Shown here one piece after another: positions 1-9,376 of a stretch of DNA of 32,000 nt; the stretch's first letter is position 1, and each line of letters opens with the position of its first letter. The position numbers were made by a program, and so were the translations under genes. Below the pieces are notes generated by a model. The model was not told where the DNA came from. It ran no database searches and worked only from the letters and a program-made list of their open reading frames with translations. Source of the stretch: an uncultured Clostridia bacterium (lineage in GTDB: Bacteria > Bacillota > Clostridia > TANB77 > RGIG9151); NCBI GenBank assembly GCA_934500865.1, contig CAKSUD010000004.1, positions 191-32,190 on the forward strand. The letters are read 5' to 3'.

Positions 1-644
1 TTATTCATGATGACTTGCCGGCAATAGATAATGACGACTTAAGGCGTGGAAAACCTACAAATCATAAGGTATTTGGCGAAAGTACGGCGATTTTGGCGGG
101 AGACGGATTGCTTGATTATGCTTATAAGGTTATTGCGAGTGATTTACAAAATCTTGATAATATTGAGAACAAAGTAAAAGCTTTTAAGATTTTTTCAGAT
201 AATGTGTTTGATATGATTAAAGGTGAATATGTTGATATAGAGAATGAAGGCAAAGACATTTTAATTAGTGAACTTATGTATATGCATGATAATAAGACTG
301 CGGCTTTAATTAGAGCATCACTTACGATGGGAGCAACTCTTGCGGGAGCTACTAATGATGAAATAAAAGTTTTAACTGAATATGCTAATATTATAGGTCT
401 TACTTTCCAAATTCGAGACGATATTTTGGGCGAAGTTGGAGATGAAAAGGTACTTGGTAAACCGATAGGTCATGATAAAACAAAAGGAAAACGTACTTTT
501 GTTACTGTTTTAGGACTTGATGAAGCTAAAAAGCAATTAGAACAAAAAACTGAGGAAGCACAAAATGCACTTGTAAAGTTTTCTAAGTATAATACCGATT
601 TCTTTAATGAATTGGCAATATTTATAAAGGAAAGAAACAACTAA
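1..644 (+). CDS. ispA: Polyprenyl (farnesyl/geranylgeranyl) diphosphate synthase, 5' end cut by window edge
   Basis: The frame is open from nt 3. Translation reads IHDDLPAIDNDDLRRGKPTNHKVFGE, typical of trans-prenyltransferases, and the second Asp-rich motif FQIRDDILG is present. The TTG at 15 in the ORF track is internal, not the true start. Confidence 0.85.
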   Translation, partial: IHDDLPAIDNDDLRRGKPTNHKVFGESTAILAGDGLLDYAYKVIASDLQNLDNIENKVKAFKIFSDNVFDMIKGEYVDIENEGKDILISELMYMHDNKTAALIRASLTMGATLAGATNDEIKVLTEYANIIGLTFQIRDDILGEVGDEKVLGKPIGHDKTKGKRTFVTVLGLDEAKKQLEQKTEEAQNALVKFSKYNTDFFNELAIFIKERNN

Positions 645-658
645 AAGGGGTAGAATAT

Positions 659-1090
659 ATGAATATAAGAGATTACAAGTTTTTAATAATACCGATTATA
701 GCGTGGGCAACAGTGCAAGTTTTTAAATTTTTGGCTGATGCAGTAAAAAATAAAAAACTTAATTTTAAACGACTTGTGGAAACTGGTGGTATGCCGAGTT
801 CACATTCGGCGACAGTTACTTCTCTTATGACAGCAGTGGGAATATCCGAAGGTCTATCGTCTCCTATTTTTGCTGTTGCGTTTGTTTTTTCGATTATTGT
901 TATGTATGATGCAGCAGGAGTTAGAAGAGCTGCAGGGAAGCAAGCGAGTATACTAAATCAACTTATTAATTCAAATCAAGTTCACATTGATACTAATGTT
1001 AAACTGAAGGAATTATTAGGTCATACGCCTGTTCAAGTAATTGTTGGCGGTGTTTATGGTGTTATTGTTGGCATAATATTTATGCTATAA
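659..1090 (+). CDS. Divergent PAP2 / acid-phosphatase-like membrane protein (YuiD / DUF212 type)
   Basis: Motifs GGMPSSHSATV, MYDAAGVRRAAGKQA and LLGHTPVQV. Several hydrophobic segments. AAGGGG Shine-Dalgarno upstream of the ATG. Confidence 0.65.
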   Translation: MNIRDYKFLIIPIIAWATVQVFKFLADAVKNKKLNFKRLVETGGMPSSHSATVTSLMTAVGISEGLSSPIFAVAFVFSIIVMYDAAGVRRAAGKQASILNQLINSNQVHIDTNVKLKELLGHTPVQVIVGGVYGVIVGIIFML

Positions 1091-1116
1091 AATGAATATT
1101 TAGTGTAAAAATAGAT

Positions 1117-1150
1117 AAACTACTCATTAAGTGAGTAGTTTTTGTTTTTA
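1117..1150 (+). terminator. Rho-independent terminator after the PAP2-like gene
   Basis: 10-bp perfect stem AAACTACTCA (1117-1126) / TGAGTAGTTT (1132-1141) with a 5-nt loop, followed by TTTGTTTTT. Confidence 0.75.
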
Positions 1151-1166
1151 AAGGGAGGAAGAAGAA

Positions 1167-1607
1167 ATGAAAATAAAAGAAATTATGAATACAAATTTAA
1201 AATGGGTAACACCTAATACTGATTTGAAAAAAGCAGCAGAAATAATGCAAAAGTATGATGTTGGAGTTGTGCCTGTTTGCAATGATAATCAGACACTTTT
1301 GGGGTTAGTTACAGACAGAGATATTGTTGTTAGAAATATTGCAGAGGGTAAGGATCCTGAAACTACAATGGTAAAAGATATAATGACATCAGGAGTTAAA
1401 ACAGGAAGACCAGACATGTCATTAGATGAAGCTTGTGAAATTATGTCTGATTGGCAAGTAAGAAGATTACCGATAGTTGAGAATGATAAATTAGTAGGGT
1501 TAGTATCTCTAGGTGATATTGCACTTGATTGTGATTTCGATATAGAGGTATCTCAATGTTTATGCGATATTTGTAAGGATAGAGAAATAGATAAGTGGAA
1601 TGAATAA
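1167..1607 (+). CDS. CBS-pair domain protein
   Basis: Two CBS-like units (VGVVPV...LLGLVTDRDIV and VRRLPIVENDKLVGLVSLGDI). GGGAGGAAG Shine-Dalgarno upstream. Confidence 0.8.
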   Translation: MKIKEIMNTNLKWVTPNTDLKKAAEIMQKYDVGVVPVCNDNQTLLGLVTDRDIVVRNIAEGKDPETTMVKDIMTSGVKTGRPDMSLDEACEIMSDWQVRRLPIVENDKLVGLVSLGDIALDCDFDIEVSQCLCDICKDREIDKWNE

Positions 1608-1610
1608 AGA

Positions 1611-1638
1611 AAAAGGATGTCCAATCGGACACCCTTTT
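1611..1638. terminator. Bidirectional terminator between convergent genes
   Basis: AAAAGGATGTCC / GGACACCCTTTT hairpin (one A-C mismatch, loop AATC). It is flanked by an A-run on one side and a T-run on the other and lies between the stops of the CBS and WG-repeat genes. Confidence 0.7.
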
Positions 1639-2531
1639 TAGTATATTTCTGCATGAATTTCGATATCTTTTTTGGCACTTCTTTTTAATCTTTCTCCGGT
1701 TAGCCCGATACAAGCAATTTTTACTTTCCCTATTTCTTCAGAAGGAATTTCAACTTGGGCAAATGGTACATCACCAGTAGGTACATATACTTTTTTAAAC
1801 ATACTATAAATGTAATTCAAAATTATATTGTGACTAGGACGTTTTAACTCCATTTTTACAAGAGATTGAGAAGGTTTCATAAAAGAAGTACAGTCTGCGT
1901 ATTGAGGCTTTACAACAAATCTTCCGGCTTTATCTATGAATCCCCATTTGCCGTTTTGACAAACAGCAGATATTCCATAAGAGAAAGGTTTTACATAATC
2001 AAATCTGGATTTTATAACTATGTTTCCTTCTGTATCAATAAATCCCCACTTTTTTCTAAGCTTAATAGGGGCAAGTCCTTCGCTAAAACCTTGAATTCTA
2101 TTATATAGAATAGGAGGGTTTTTTTTACGATTTTCCTTGTACCATTCAGTAAGTTTAGTAAGGTCATTTGTGATTTGAGAATTACCGACACAATGAATTA
2201 TACCTAGTTGAAAATTACCATTATCAAGTCCGAATGCATCTAAATACTTAGGTGAAACAACTTCAACTAAATTTTTATTTATGAAACCCCATTTATTTTT
2301 AGCTTTTACCCAAGCAAAACCATCTTTAAAATCACATATTTTTTGGTATCTATAAGGAACAACAAGCTTTTCGGTTTCAACGTCAAGTATTCCGTAAAGT
2401 CCTTGTTTATATACTGCAAGATATTTTTTTGAATTTATATCGTGAAATTTTTTATAGTATTTCTTTATGTTTTTGAAGTCTTTATCTGCAAATTTTAGCA
2501 TTGCAAACTGTTCAGGCGAAACAACTGACAT
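1638..2531 (-). CDS. WG-repeat (KWG-type) protein
   Basis: Repeated KWGFI(N/D)xxG units (KWGFINKNL, KWGFIDTEGN, KWGFIDKAGR). Start moved to the ATG at 2531, which follows AAAGGTGG. The ORF-track ATG at 2549 lies upstream of that SD. Confidence 0.7.
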   Translation of the reverse strand: MSVVSPEQFAMLKFADKDFKNIKKYYKKFHDINSKKYLAVYKQGLYGILDVETEKLVVPYRYQKICDFKDGFAWVKAKNKWGFINKNLVEVVSPKYLDAFGLDNGNFQLGIIHCVGNSQITNDLTKLTEWYKENRKKNPPILYNRIQGFSEGLAPIKLRKKWGFIDTEGNIVIKSRFDYVKPFSYGISAVCQNGKWGFIDKAGRFVVKPQYADCTSFMKPSQSLVKMELKRPSHNIILNYIYSMFKKVYVPTGDVPFAQVEIPSEEIGKVKIACIGLTGERLKRSAKKDIEIHAEIY

Positions 2532-2699
2532 AAACAAACCACCTTTCATAAAATCATACCACTAAATAATTCTACACAAAAAAAATAGAATATACAAGTG
2601 ATTTTTACGATAATTTTTTTGAACTCTCTAAAAATGTGAAAAATATGTGAATTTAACCAATTAAGGAAGGAATTTAATAAAATGTGAAGAAAAAGTAAA

Positions 2700-2764
2700 T
2701 GTCGATATATTACTAATTTATGCCCTGTTTCGACAGAGGATAACCTTACCCGTAGAGAGAATTA
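2700..2764 (+). promoter_or_regulatory. spoIIA operon control region: two inverted Spo0A-type boxes plus a sigma-H-type promoter
   Basis: TGTCGAT (2700-2706) and TTCGACA (2729-2735, reverse complement of the TGTCGAA 0A box). AGAGGATAA (2735-2743) fits RNAGGAWWW. After a 12-nt spacer, AGAGAATTA (2756-2764) fits RNNGAATWW. GGGAGGAGG SD at 2772-2780, ATG at 2787. Confidence 0.55.
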
Positions 2765-2786
2765 GAGCTTCGGGAGGAGGATAAAA

Positions 2787-3137
2787 ATGGTAAGTATAGA
2801 CTTTATAAATGAAAGTAGGACTATAATTGTAAAAATAAATGAAGAAATAGATCACCACACTTGTGAAAAGATAAGGGACAAGTTAGATTTAGCAATTGAA
2901 TTTAGAGGAGCGAAAAGACTTATTTTTGACTTCGATGGAGTTAATTTTATGGATAGCTCAGGACTTGGACTTATTATGGGAAGATATAAAGCGATTACGA
3001 AAAAAGGTGGAATTGTTAGTGTGGTAAAATTAAAGCCGACGGTAAGAAAGATATTTCAAATGTCCGGGATATTTAAGATATTGGATGAATATGAGAATAC
3101 AGAGACAGCATTACAAAAGATGAAAGTGAGGGTATAG
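2787..3137 (+). CDS. spoIIAA: Anti-sigma-F factor antagonist (STAS domain)
   Basis: STAS-type sequence with [22 protein letters not shown], containing the phosphorylatable Ser context DSSGLG. First gene of the spoIIAA-AB-sigF arrangement. Confidence 0.9.
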   Translation: MVSIDFINESRTIIVKINEEIDHHTCEKIRDKLDLAIEFRGAKRLIFDFDGVNFMDSSGLGLIMGRYKAITKKGGIVSVVKLKPTVRKIFQMSGIFKILDEYENTETALQKMKVRV

Positions 3138-3138
3138 G

Positions 3139-3606
3139 ATGGGATACGATAATATTATGAAGTTGGAATTTTTAAGTAAGTCTACTAATGAAGGGTTTGC
3201 AAGAGTAGCAGTTGCTTCTTTTGTTTCACAGTTAGACCCTACAATAGAAGAATTATCTGAAATAAAAACAGCAATATCAGAAGCAGTTACTAATTCTATT
3301 GTACATGCTTATGATGACGAGCTTGGAATGATAAGCATTTCGGCACAAATAAAAGGAGATATGGTAACTATTCAAATAAAAGATAAAGGCAAAGGAATAG
3401 CAGATATAAATAAGGCGAAAGAGCCACTTTATACGACTAAACCTGATTTAGAGCGTTCCGGAATGGGATTTACTATTATGGAAAGCTTTATGGATAAACT
3501 TGTAGTAAAATCAGAGCTAAATAAAGGTACAAGTGTTACTATGAGTAAAAGGATAAAGAAAAACATACAAGGTTTAATACATAAAGAAAAAGAAAGAGTT
3601 ATGTAA
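3139..3606 (+). CDS. spoIIAB: Anti-sigma-F factor / serine protein kinase
   Basis: HATPase-type N-box ([11 protein letters not shown]) and G-boxes ([14 protein letters not shown]). The start lies 1 nt after the spoIIAA stop. Confidence 0.9.
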   Translation: MGYDNIMKLEFLSKSTNEGFARVAVASFVSQLDPTIEELSEIKTAISEAVTNSIVHAYDDELGMISISAQIKGDMVTIQIKDKGKGIADINKAKEPLYTTKPDLERSGMGFTIMESFMDKLVVKSELNKGTSVTMSKRIKKNIQGLIHKEKERVM

Positions 3607-3673
3607 GAAGTAGAATGGCAGAGGATGTTGTGGATATTAGTTCCGCGTGGTTACGAAAGAGAAAGGAATAATT

Positions 3674-4396
3674 ATGGAATTTACAAATGAAGAATTAATT
3701 TTGGAGGCACAAAATAACTCCAGAGATGCAATGAATTTATTAGTGGAAAAAAATTCGGGTCTTGTTTGGAGCATAGTTAAAAGATTTATGAATAGGGGGT
3801 ACGAAAAAGAGGATTTATATCAAATAGGTTGTATAGGGCTTATTAAAGCTATCCGTAAATTTGATACTTCTTTTAACACTCAGTTTTCTACATATGCTGT
3901 GCCACTTATTATGGGAGAAATTAGAAGATTCTTAAGAGATGACGGCTTGGTTAAGGTGAGTCGTTCATTAAAGGAAACGGCGGGAAAAATAAGACTTGCA
4001 ATAGATTTCTTTTTTGCGAAAAACGGCGTAGAACCTACTGTTGCAGAATTGTCTGAACGCTTAAAAATTTCAGAAGACGAAATAATTATGGCATTAGAAA
4101 CGATGCACCCAACAGAATCATTAAATGCGATTGTTAATGAGAATGATAAAAATCCTATTTATTTAATAGACAAATTGTGTGCGGATGTAGATTCTAGTAA
4201 TAAGGAATTTGAGAAAATCGTATTAAAGCAATTAGTGTCTGAGTTAAAGCCTAAAGAACAGCAACTTATAACTATGAGATATTTTAAGGGGGCTACTCAG
4301 ATGAAAGTAGCGGATATGCTAGGAATTTCTCAAGTGCAAGTTTCACGAATGGAAAAGCGAATTTTAGATGATATGAGAACAAAAATGGCAGAGTAA
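3674..4396 (+). CDS. sigF: Sporulation sigma factor F
   Basis: Close match by eye to SigF regions 2-4 (LVWSIVKRFMNRGYEKEDLYQIGCIGLIKAIRKFD, FSTYAVPLIMGEIRRFLRDDGLVKVSRSLKE, LGISQVQVSRMEKRIL). The ATG at 3674 follows AGAAAGGA. The GTG at 3647 in the track lacks an SD. Confidence 0.9.
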   Translation: MEFTNEELILEAQNNSRDAMNLLVEKNSGLVWSIVKRFMNRGYEKEDLYQIGCIGLIKAIRKFDTSFNTQFSTYAVPLIMGEIRRFLRDDGLVKVSRSLKETAGKIRLAIDFFFAKNGVEPTVAELSERLKISEDEIIMALETMHPTESLNAIVNENDKNPIYLIDKLCADVDSSNKEFEKIVLKQLVSELKPKEQQLITMRYFKGATQMKVADMLGISQVQVSRMEKRILDDMRTKMAE

Positions 4397-4397
4397 A

Positions 4398-4425
4398 AGG
4401 TGGCATAAGCCACCTCTTTTCTTTT
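4398..4425. terminator. Bidirectional terminator between sigF and tmk
   Basis: AGGTGGC (4398-4404) / GCCACCT (4409-4415) with loop ATAA. Followed by CTTTTCTTTTT and preceded by AAAA. Confidence 0.7.
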
Positions 4426-5099
4426 TATTTCAATATTTCTTTTGCTTTTTTATAGATTTCTTCGTTTATGTCTTCAATTGTTCTTAATTTGCCGTCTTCT
4501 GTACAATTAATCTCGTCCCAATTATATTTATTTATTAAGTAACAAGCATTGTCGTAGGCTTTATTTAAATAAGATTCGTTTGATTCATGTATGTCTTTTT
4601 CTTTTTCGTGAGAGAACTTGTTTTCCCGATTTTTCATTAACATTTGACTAACCTTTGGAGGTATGTTTAAGAAAAACACTTTGTCCGGCTTGGGTATTCC
4701 AAATAGTCCGTATTCAAAGTCGGAAAGCCAGGTTAAAAACTTTTCTTTTTCGTTTGGGTCATCTATTTTCCCGGATTGATGTACCATATTGGCTGTTACA
4801 TATCTGTCTAGTATAAGAATTCCGCCATTTTTATAAAATTCTTCGTAGTCTTGCTTATATGAGGCATATCTGTCTACTGCAAAAAAAGTAGAGGAGATAT
4901 AAGGACTTATTTCGTTTGCGTCTTTACCGAATTCGCCTGACAAATACATTTTTACTAGAGATGATGATGGATTTTCATATCTAGGATAAGCTATTTTTTT
5001 TACATTATATCCTTCGGCAATTAATCTATTATATAATCTTTCAGATTGGGTCTGTTTTCCGGAGCCGTCTAACCCCTCTATGACTATGATTTTTCCCAT
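4425..5099 (-). CDS. tmk: Thymidylate (dTMP) kinase
   Basis: P-loop IVIEGLDGSGKQTQ and DRY motif (LDRYVTANM). Start set to the ATG at 5099, 9 nt after GGAAAGGA. The ATG at 5144 in the track would place the SD inside the gene. Confidence 0.8.
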   Translation of the reverse strand: MGKIIVIEGLDGSGKQTQSERLYNRLIAEGYNVKKIAYPRYENPSSSLVKMYLSGEFGKDANEISPYISSTFFAVDRYASYKQDYEEFYKNGGILILDRYVTANMVHQSGKIDDPNEKEKFLTWLSDFEYGLFGIPKPDKVFFLNIPPKVSQMLMKNRENKFSHEKEKDIHESNESYLNKAYDNACYLINKYNWDEINCTEDGKLRTIEDINEEIYKKAKEILK

Positions 5100-5129
5100 A
5101 TTTTCATATCCTTTCCAAAATATTTTTCC

Positions 5130-5158
5130 TTGTTTATATTTCATATGTATGATACAAT
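5130..5158 (+). promoter_or_regulatory. Sigma-A-type promoter for the yaaR-holB-ricT unit, divergent from tmk
   Basis: TTGTTT (5130-5135), 17-nt spacer, TG-extended -10 TGATACAAT (5150-5158). The TTG used as start by the ORF track is this -35 box. Confidence 0.5.
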
Positions 5159-5204
5159 ATCAATGTCGATTTGTAAAGAAATTAATTGTGAGGAGGAGTT
5201 AAAT

Positions 5205-5654
5205 TTGAAAATAAATGGTGTAGGTTTGACGTCTTCTACGATTAGTCATACAGGAACTGGAAGTGGCAAAGTAAGAAAGTCTACCGGTGGAAGTTTTTCT
5301 GATAATCTTGGCGGTTTTGAAAGGGATAATGAAAGAGAACAACTGGAAAAGAAATTAAAAGATATTGCCGAAAAGGGCAAGTTTGTTAAAGAAAAAATGG
5401 AGTTGCGGGATTTAATAGAGTATAAAACTATGATAAAAGATTTTTTGGAACATACTGTTAGGTTTTCTTATAAATATTCTAAAGAAAGCAAGTTTGGCAG
5501 GGATGGTTCTTATAAGGTGATGGGAATTGTTAAAAAAGTTGATGAAGAGTTAGAAAGCTTGACACAGGAAATGATGAATTCGGAAAAAGATAGATTGAAG
5601 ATTGTTGAAAAAATTAGTGGTCTTCAAGGAATGTTGGTTGATTTACTGATGTAG
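5205..5654 (+). CDS. yaaR: YaaR / DUF327 family protein
   Basis: The N-terminus (L/M)KING and the central/C-terminal pattern (LIEYKTMIKDFLEHTV, YKVMGIVKKVDEELESL, ISGLQGMLVDLL) align by eye with B. subtilis YaaR. The TTG at 5205 lies 6 nt after AGGAGGAG. Conserved position upstream of holB. Confidence 0.75.
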   Translation: MKINGVGLTSSTISHTGTGSGKVRKSTGGSFSDNLGGFERDNEREQLEKKLKDIAEKGKFVKEKMELRDLIEYKTMIKDFLEHTVRFSYKYSKESKFGRDGSYKVMGIVKKVDEELESLTQEMMNSEKDRLKIVEKISGLQGMLVDLLM

Positions 5655-5668
5655 CAAAGGTGAGGAAA

Positions 5669-6403
5669 ATGATAAATGAGTTGAAGAATGATATAAATAA
5701 CGGAAGCATTAATCATGCATATTTTTTAGAATGTAATGATGAAAAAAAAGGCATAGAAGAGGCAAGGTCATTTGCAAGTGAAATTCTAGGGAAGTCTATC
5801 GATAACAATCCTGATTGTACTATTTTCTTAACTGAGGAGAAAACTATAAAGGTGGAGAGTATAAGGGATTTACAGAAAGATGTTGCGATAAAGCCTCTTA
5901 TGTGCCAAAAAAAGGTCTATATTATACCTTATGCGGAGAAGCTAAATATTTCTGCTCAAAATTGTTTGCTAAAAACTTTAGAAGAACCGCCTAGTTATGC
6001 GATTATTATACTTATTTCGTCTTCGATATATAGTGTTATAAATACAATACGTTCTAGAGTTAAGAGAATTAGGATAAAGTCAGAAGATGGAATACACATT
6101 GATTCTGATGTTAAAAATATAATTGACTCAATTGGAAGTAAGAGCGTAATTGATGTTCTAAAGTTTTCTGAGTATTTTGAAAAGAATAAGGATAATATTA
6201 TTGAGATTTTACATGAAATGATGAAATATTGTGATGAGAAAATAATGAGTGATAAAAATGTGTTGCGAGATAGTGGAAACAGTGATATAATTTCTGTTGC
6301 AAAATATGTTCCGATAATAGATTTGGCGGAACGTAGAATAAGCGGAAATTGTAATTTCTCAATGGCTATTGATGAAATGCTGTTGTCTTTTAAAGATTGT
6401 TAA
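5669..6403 (+). CDS. holB: DNA polymerase III delta-prime subunit (short form)
   Basis: Motifs INHAYFL, KKVYIIPYAEKLNISAQNCLLKTLEEPP and NTIRSRVKRI (clamp-loader sensor motifs). Synteny between yaaR and ricT. The choice of ATG 5669 over GTG 5660 is uncertain. Confidence 0.75.
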   Translation: MINELKNDINNGSINHAYFLECNDEKKGIEEARSFASEILGKSIDNNPDCTIFLTEEKTIKVESIRDLQKDVAIKPLMCQKKVYIIPYAEKLNISAQNCLLKTLEEPPSYAIIILISSSIYSVINTIRSRVKRIRIKSEDGIHIDSDVKNIIDSIGSKSVIDVLKFSEYFEKNKDNIIEILHEMMKYCDEKIMSDKNVLRDSGNSDIISVAKYVPIIDLAERRISGNCNFSMAIDEMLLSFKDC

Positions 6404-6439
6404 GTCAGAAGTTTAATGGCTAGAAAGGAAATTTAATAT

Positions 6440-7306
6440 ATGAATATTGTTGGTGTTAAGTTTAAAGAAAAAGGGAAAACATATTATTTTAATCCTAATG
6501 GACTTCAAATAGAAAAAGGGACTGCTGTAATTGTTGAGACAGTAAGAGGATTGGAATTTGGATATGTAAGCCTAGCTAATAAAGAGGTTGCAGAAGAGAA
6601 TTTGCAAAATCCTTTAAAAAATGTTATCAGAGTAGCGACTGATGAAGATTGCAAGAAGAATGAAGAGAATAAGAAAAAGGAAAAAGAAGCTTTTGAAATA
6701 TGTGTTAAAAAAGCTCAAGAACATAAGCTAAACATGAAATTTATTGAAGCTGAATATACATTTGATAATAGTAAAGTTATATTCTATTTTTCGGCGGACG
6801 GAAGAATTGATTTTAGAGAGTTAGTTAAAGACTTGGCTGCCATTTTTAAGACTCGTATAGAACTTAGACAAATTGGTGTTAGAGATGAGGCTAAGATGAT
6901 TGGAGGCTTGGGACACTGTGGCAGAGAATTTTGTTGCCATAAGTTCTTAAATGATTTCCAACCTGTTTCGATAAAAATGGCAAAAGACCAGTCGTTATCA
7001 TTAAATCCTACTAAGATTTCCGGTTTTTGCGGAAGACTTATGTGTTGCTTGGCTTATGAGCAATGCGGATACGAGGAAAAGATTAAAAGAGTGCCTAAAG
7101 TTGGTTCGATTGTTTCTACGCCGATGGGAGATGGAACTGTTGTTTCTTCAAATATTTTGAAGGAAGAAATAAAAGTTAAGTTAAATGATAAAAATGATGA
7201 TGTAGATTTAGAAACTTTTAAAGCTAGTGATGTTAAAGTTATAAAAGCTGTTTATGAAAAAAATGTGGCAGAAGATACGGAAGAGTTGAAGAAATTAGAA
7301 GATTAG
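6440..7306 (+). CDS. ricT: PSP1-domain regulator RicT (YaaT, stage 0 sporulation protein)
   Basis: PSP1 C-terminal domain with the Cys cluster GHCGREFCCHKF ... FCGRLMCCLAYE. Synteny after holB. Confidence 0.85.
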   Translation: MNIVGVKFKEKGKTYYFNPNGLQIEKGTAVIVETVRGLEFGYVSLANKEVAEENLQNPLKNVIRVATDEDCKKNEENKKKEKEAFEICVKKAQEHKLNMKFIEAEYTFDNSKVIFYFSADGRIDFRELVKDLAAIFKTRIELRQIGVRDEAKMIGGLGHCGREFCCHKFLNDFQPVSIKMAKDQSLSLNPTKISGFCGRLMCCLAYEQCGYEEKIKRVPKVGSIVSTPMGDGTVVSSNILKEEIKVKLNDKNDDVDLETFKASDVKVIKAVYEKNVAEDTEELKKLED

Positions 7307-7327
7307 TGGATTTTGGAGGGATAGTAG

Positions 7328-9007
7328 ATGATTATTGAAAGAATAATCTATAACATTTTAGCTGTTTTGTTTTTTGTATACACAATTAAGTCCTATATAA
7401 CCAAACGTAAAGAGGCGTATTTAGTTGTTGCCGGCGGAGAAGTTGTGGCTGTGACTTTTAATGTGCTAAACTTATTTAATGGAGTTTATTATGGGAATTA
7501 TTTGTTCGAAATTATTTCGGCTGTTTTGGGAATAGTGATTCCGAGTGTTGTATTTTTTAATGATTATTTTGGAATGATAAGAAATAATATTATGGGATTA
7601 CTTGGACCTGGGGGAAATATATTTGAAAAGGGTATGGTTAATGAATATTACAATAAAATTCCTATGTTAGATCCGAAAGACCCTGCTGATATTGTTAAGT
7701 GGAATAAGCTAAATGAAGAAGATATTTTTGTTCAATTAAAAGATAGATTTGCTAAGGCCGAAAGTTTAGCGGAAAAAGGAGAATACAAAGAGGCATTGGA
7801 TATATATAATGGTGCTGAAGCATTATTTAATGAAAATCCGATTATATTGTTTAATGCCGGTGTTATATATATGAAAAATGCAAATTACGAGCAAGCTACC
7901 GTAAGGTTTTTAAGAGCAGCGGAATTACTTGAAAATCAAGAAATCGATGGGGATTCAAGTGCTTCTATTGCTTTTGATAGAGCTAAAGTTATTATTCAAG
8001 GAATTGAAAAATTTGATGTTTATTATAACTTGGCGTTGGCTTTTGCTTGTTGGAATAAACCTGAACTTGCAGTTGAGAACTTCAAAAAAGCCGGTGAGGC
8101 TAAGTCTAACTGGATTCTAGTTTATAAGCCTCTTGCGATAATTTTAGAGAACTTAAAGAGATACGAAGAAGCTGCTAAGATGTATGAAAAATTATCTGAG
8201 TATGAGCCGGAAGATTTTGCAAGTTACGGAAAAATTGGTACATTACTTGCATTTAAGAAAGAGTATGACAAGGCTATTATTAATTACAGAAAGGCTATAA
8301 GACTAGATCCTAATAATGCATTATTGTATTACAATATGGGAATACTTTTATATGAAACAGATAAGACTACTGAATCTATAAATACATTTAGAAATGCTAT
8401 CGAAATTAATCCGAATGATTATAGGTTCCACTATAATTTAGCGCTTTCTTTGGAAAAAGCTGACGAAAAGGCTTTGGCTATTGATGAACTTAACAGAACG
8501 CTTGAATTAAAGCCGGATTATACATCTGCTTCTAATATGCTAGCTATATTATATTGTGGAAACGGAAACAGAAATGCTGCTGTAAATGTTTGTGAAAATG
8601 CTATTAAGTATGACCCGGACAATTATGAATTATACTTTAATGCAGCTATTGCTTATATGGAAATGAAGGACTACGAAAATGCAAAGAAGTATTTTACAAT
8701 TGCAACATTAAAGAATTCAGAACTTGCGGAAGCATATTTCGGATTAGGTCAAATTGCTGTTATAAAAGAAGAGTATTCTGTTGCTGAGGAGAACTATATA
8801 AAGGCTATAAGAGTAAATCCTGAATATCCAAACCCATATTACAATATTTCCAGAATATACGCATATAGGAAGGAATACGCTAAGGTTATGGAGAATTTAA
8901 CACAGGCTGTGAAATTAAATCCTGCATATAAACAAAGAATTAGAAATGATGGAGCCTTTGACTTTATGAAAAATATGAATGATTTTAAGGCTTTAATTTC
9001 AGACTAA
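7328..9007 (+). CDS. Membrane-anchored tetratricopeptide (TPR) repeat protein
   Basis: N-terminal hydrophobic segments followed by many 34-aa TPR-like units (e.g. YYNMGILLYETDKTTESINTFRNAIEINPND, YFGLGQIAVIKEEYSVAEENYIKAIRVNPEY). Confidence 0.75.
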   Translation: MIIERIIYNILAVLFFVYTIKSYITKRKEAYLVVAGGEVVAVTFNVLNLFNGVYYGNYLFEIISAVLGIVIPSVVFFNDYFGMIRNNIMGLLGPGGNIFEKGMVNEYYNKIPMLDPKDPADIVKWNKLNEEDIFVQLKDRFAKAESLAEKGEYKEALDIYNGAEALFNENPIILFNAGVIYMKNANYEQATVRFLRAAELLENQEIDGDSSASIAFDRAKVIIQGIEKFDVYYNLALAFACWNKPELAVENFKKAGEAKSNWILVYKPLAIILENLKRYEEAAKMYEKLSEYEPEDFASYGKIGTLLAFKKEYDKAIINYRKAIRLDPNNALLYYNMGILLYETDKTTESINTFRNAIEINPNDYRFHYNLALSLEKADEKALAIDELNRTLELKPDYTSASNMLAILYCGNGNRNAAVNVCENAIKYDPDNYELYFNAAIAYMEMKDYENAKKYFTIATLKNSELAEAYFGLGQIAVIKEEYSVAEENYIKAIRVNPEYPNPYYNISRIYAYRKEYAKVMENLTQAVKLNPAYKQRIRNDGAFDFMKNMNDFKALISD

Positions 9008-9040
9008 ATTTTAGATACAAAAGAAAGGATTGATGTTTTA

Positions 9041-9364
9041 ATGGGAGATAAAGTTATTAATTTGACAAATGAAAATTACGAGAGCTTTATTAACACAGAC
9101 AAACCGGTTGTGGTTGACTTTTGGGCTACTTGGTGTGGACCTTGCAGAATGGTTAGTCCGGTTATTGAGTCACTTGCTGATGAATTTGATGGTCAAATGC
9201 CAATTTGCAAGTTAAATGTTGATGAAGTGCCTGATGTGGCTACACAATATAAAATTATGAGTATACCTACTGTTATGATAGTGAAAAATGGTGAGGTTAT
9301 TGACAAGGCTGTTGGAGTTAGAACTAAAGAAGAATATCAAAATATGATAAAGAATGTATTATAG
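9041..9364 (+). CDS. trxA: Thioredoxin
   Basis: WATWCGPCRM active site, 107 aa, typical thioredoxin length. Confidence 0.9.
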   Translation: MGDKVINLTNENYESFINTDKPVVVDFWATWCGPCRMVSPVIESLADEFDGQMPICKLNVDEVPDVATQYKIMSIPTVMIVKNGEVIDKAVGVRTKEEYQNMIKNVL

Positions 9365-9376
9365 TTTGTAAATGGC

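Noticed and set aside
1441-1713. 90-aa minus-strand ORF bridging the CBS gene end and the WG-repeat gene end.
   Set aside because: It runs through the bidirectional terminator and overlaps two well-supported genes. It has no SD.
5130-5204. N-terminal extensions proposed by the ORF track. The clearest are 5130 for yaaR and 25334 for the sigma factor. Others are 23310, 16678, 17085, 14760, 3647, 2549 and 5144.
   Set aside because: The upstream alternative start codons lack an SD or coincide with -35 boxes or with the SD of the better internal start. Starts were moved to the first codon with proper SD spacing. The exact starts remain unverified.
5669-6403. holB looks short (about 245 aa), so it could be a truncated pseudogene.
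   Set aside because: The clamp-loader motifs (LLKTLEEPP, TIRSR) are intact and the ORF is uninterrupted. The downstream gene starts normally 36 nt later. I treat it as a genuine short form.
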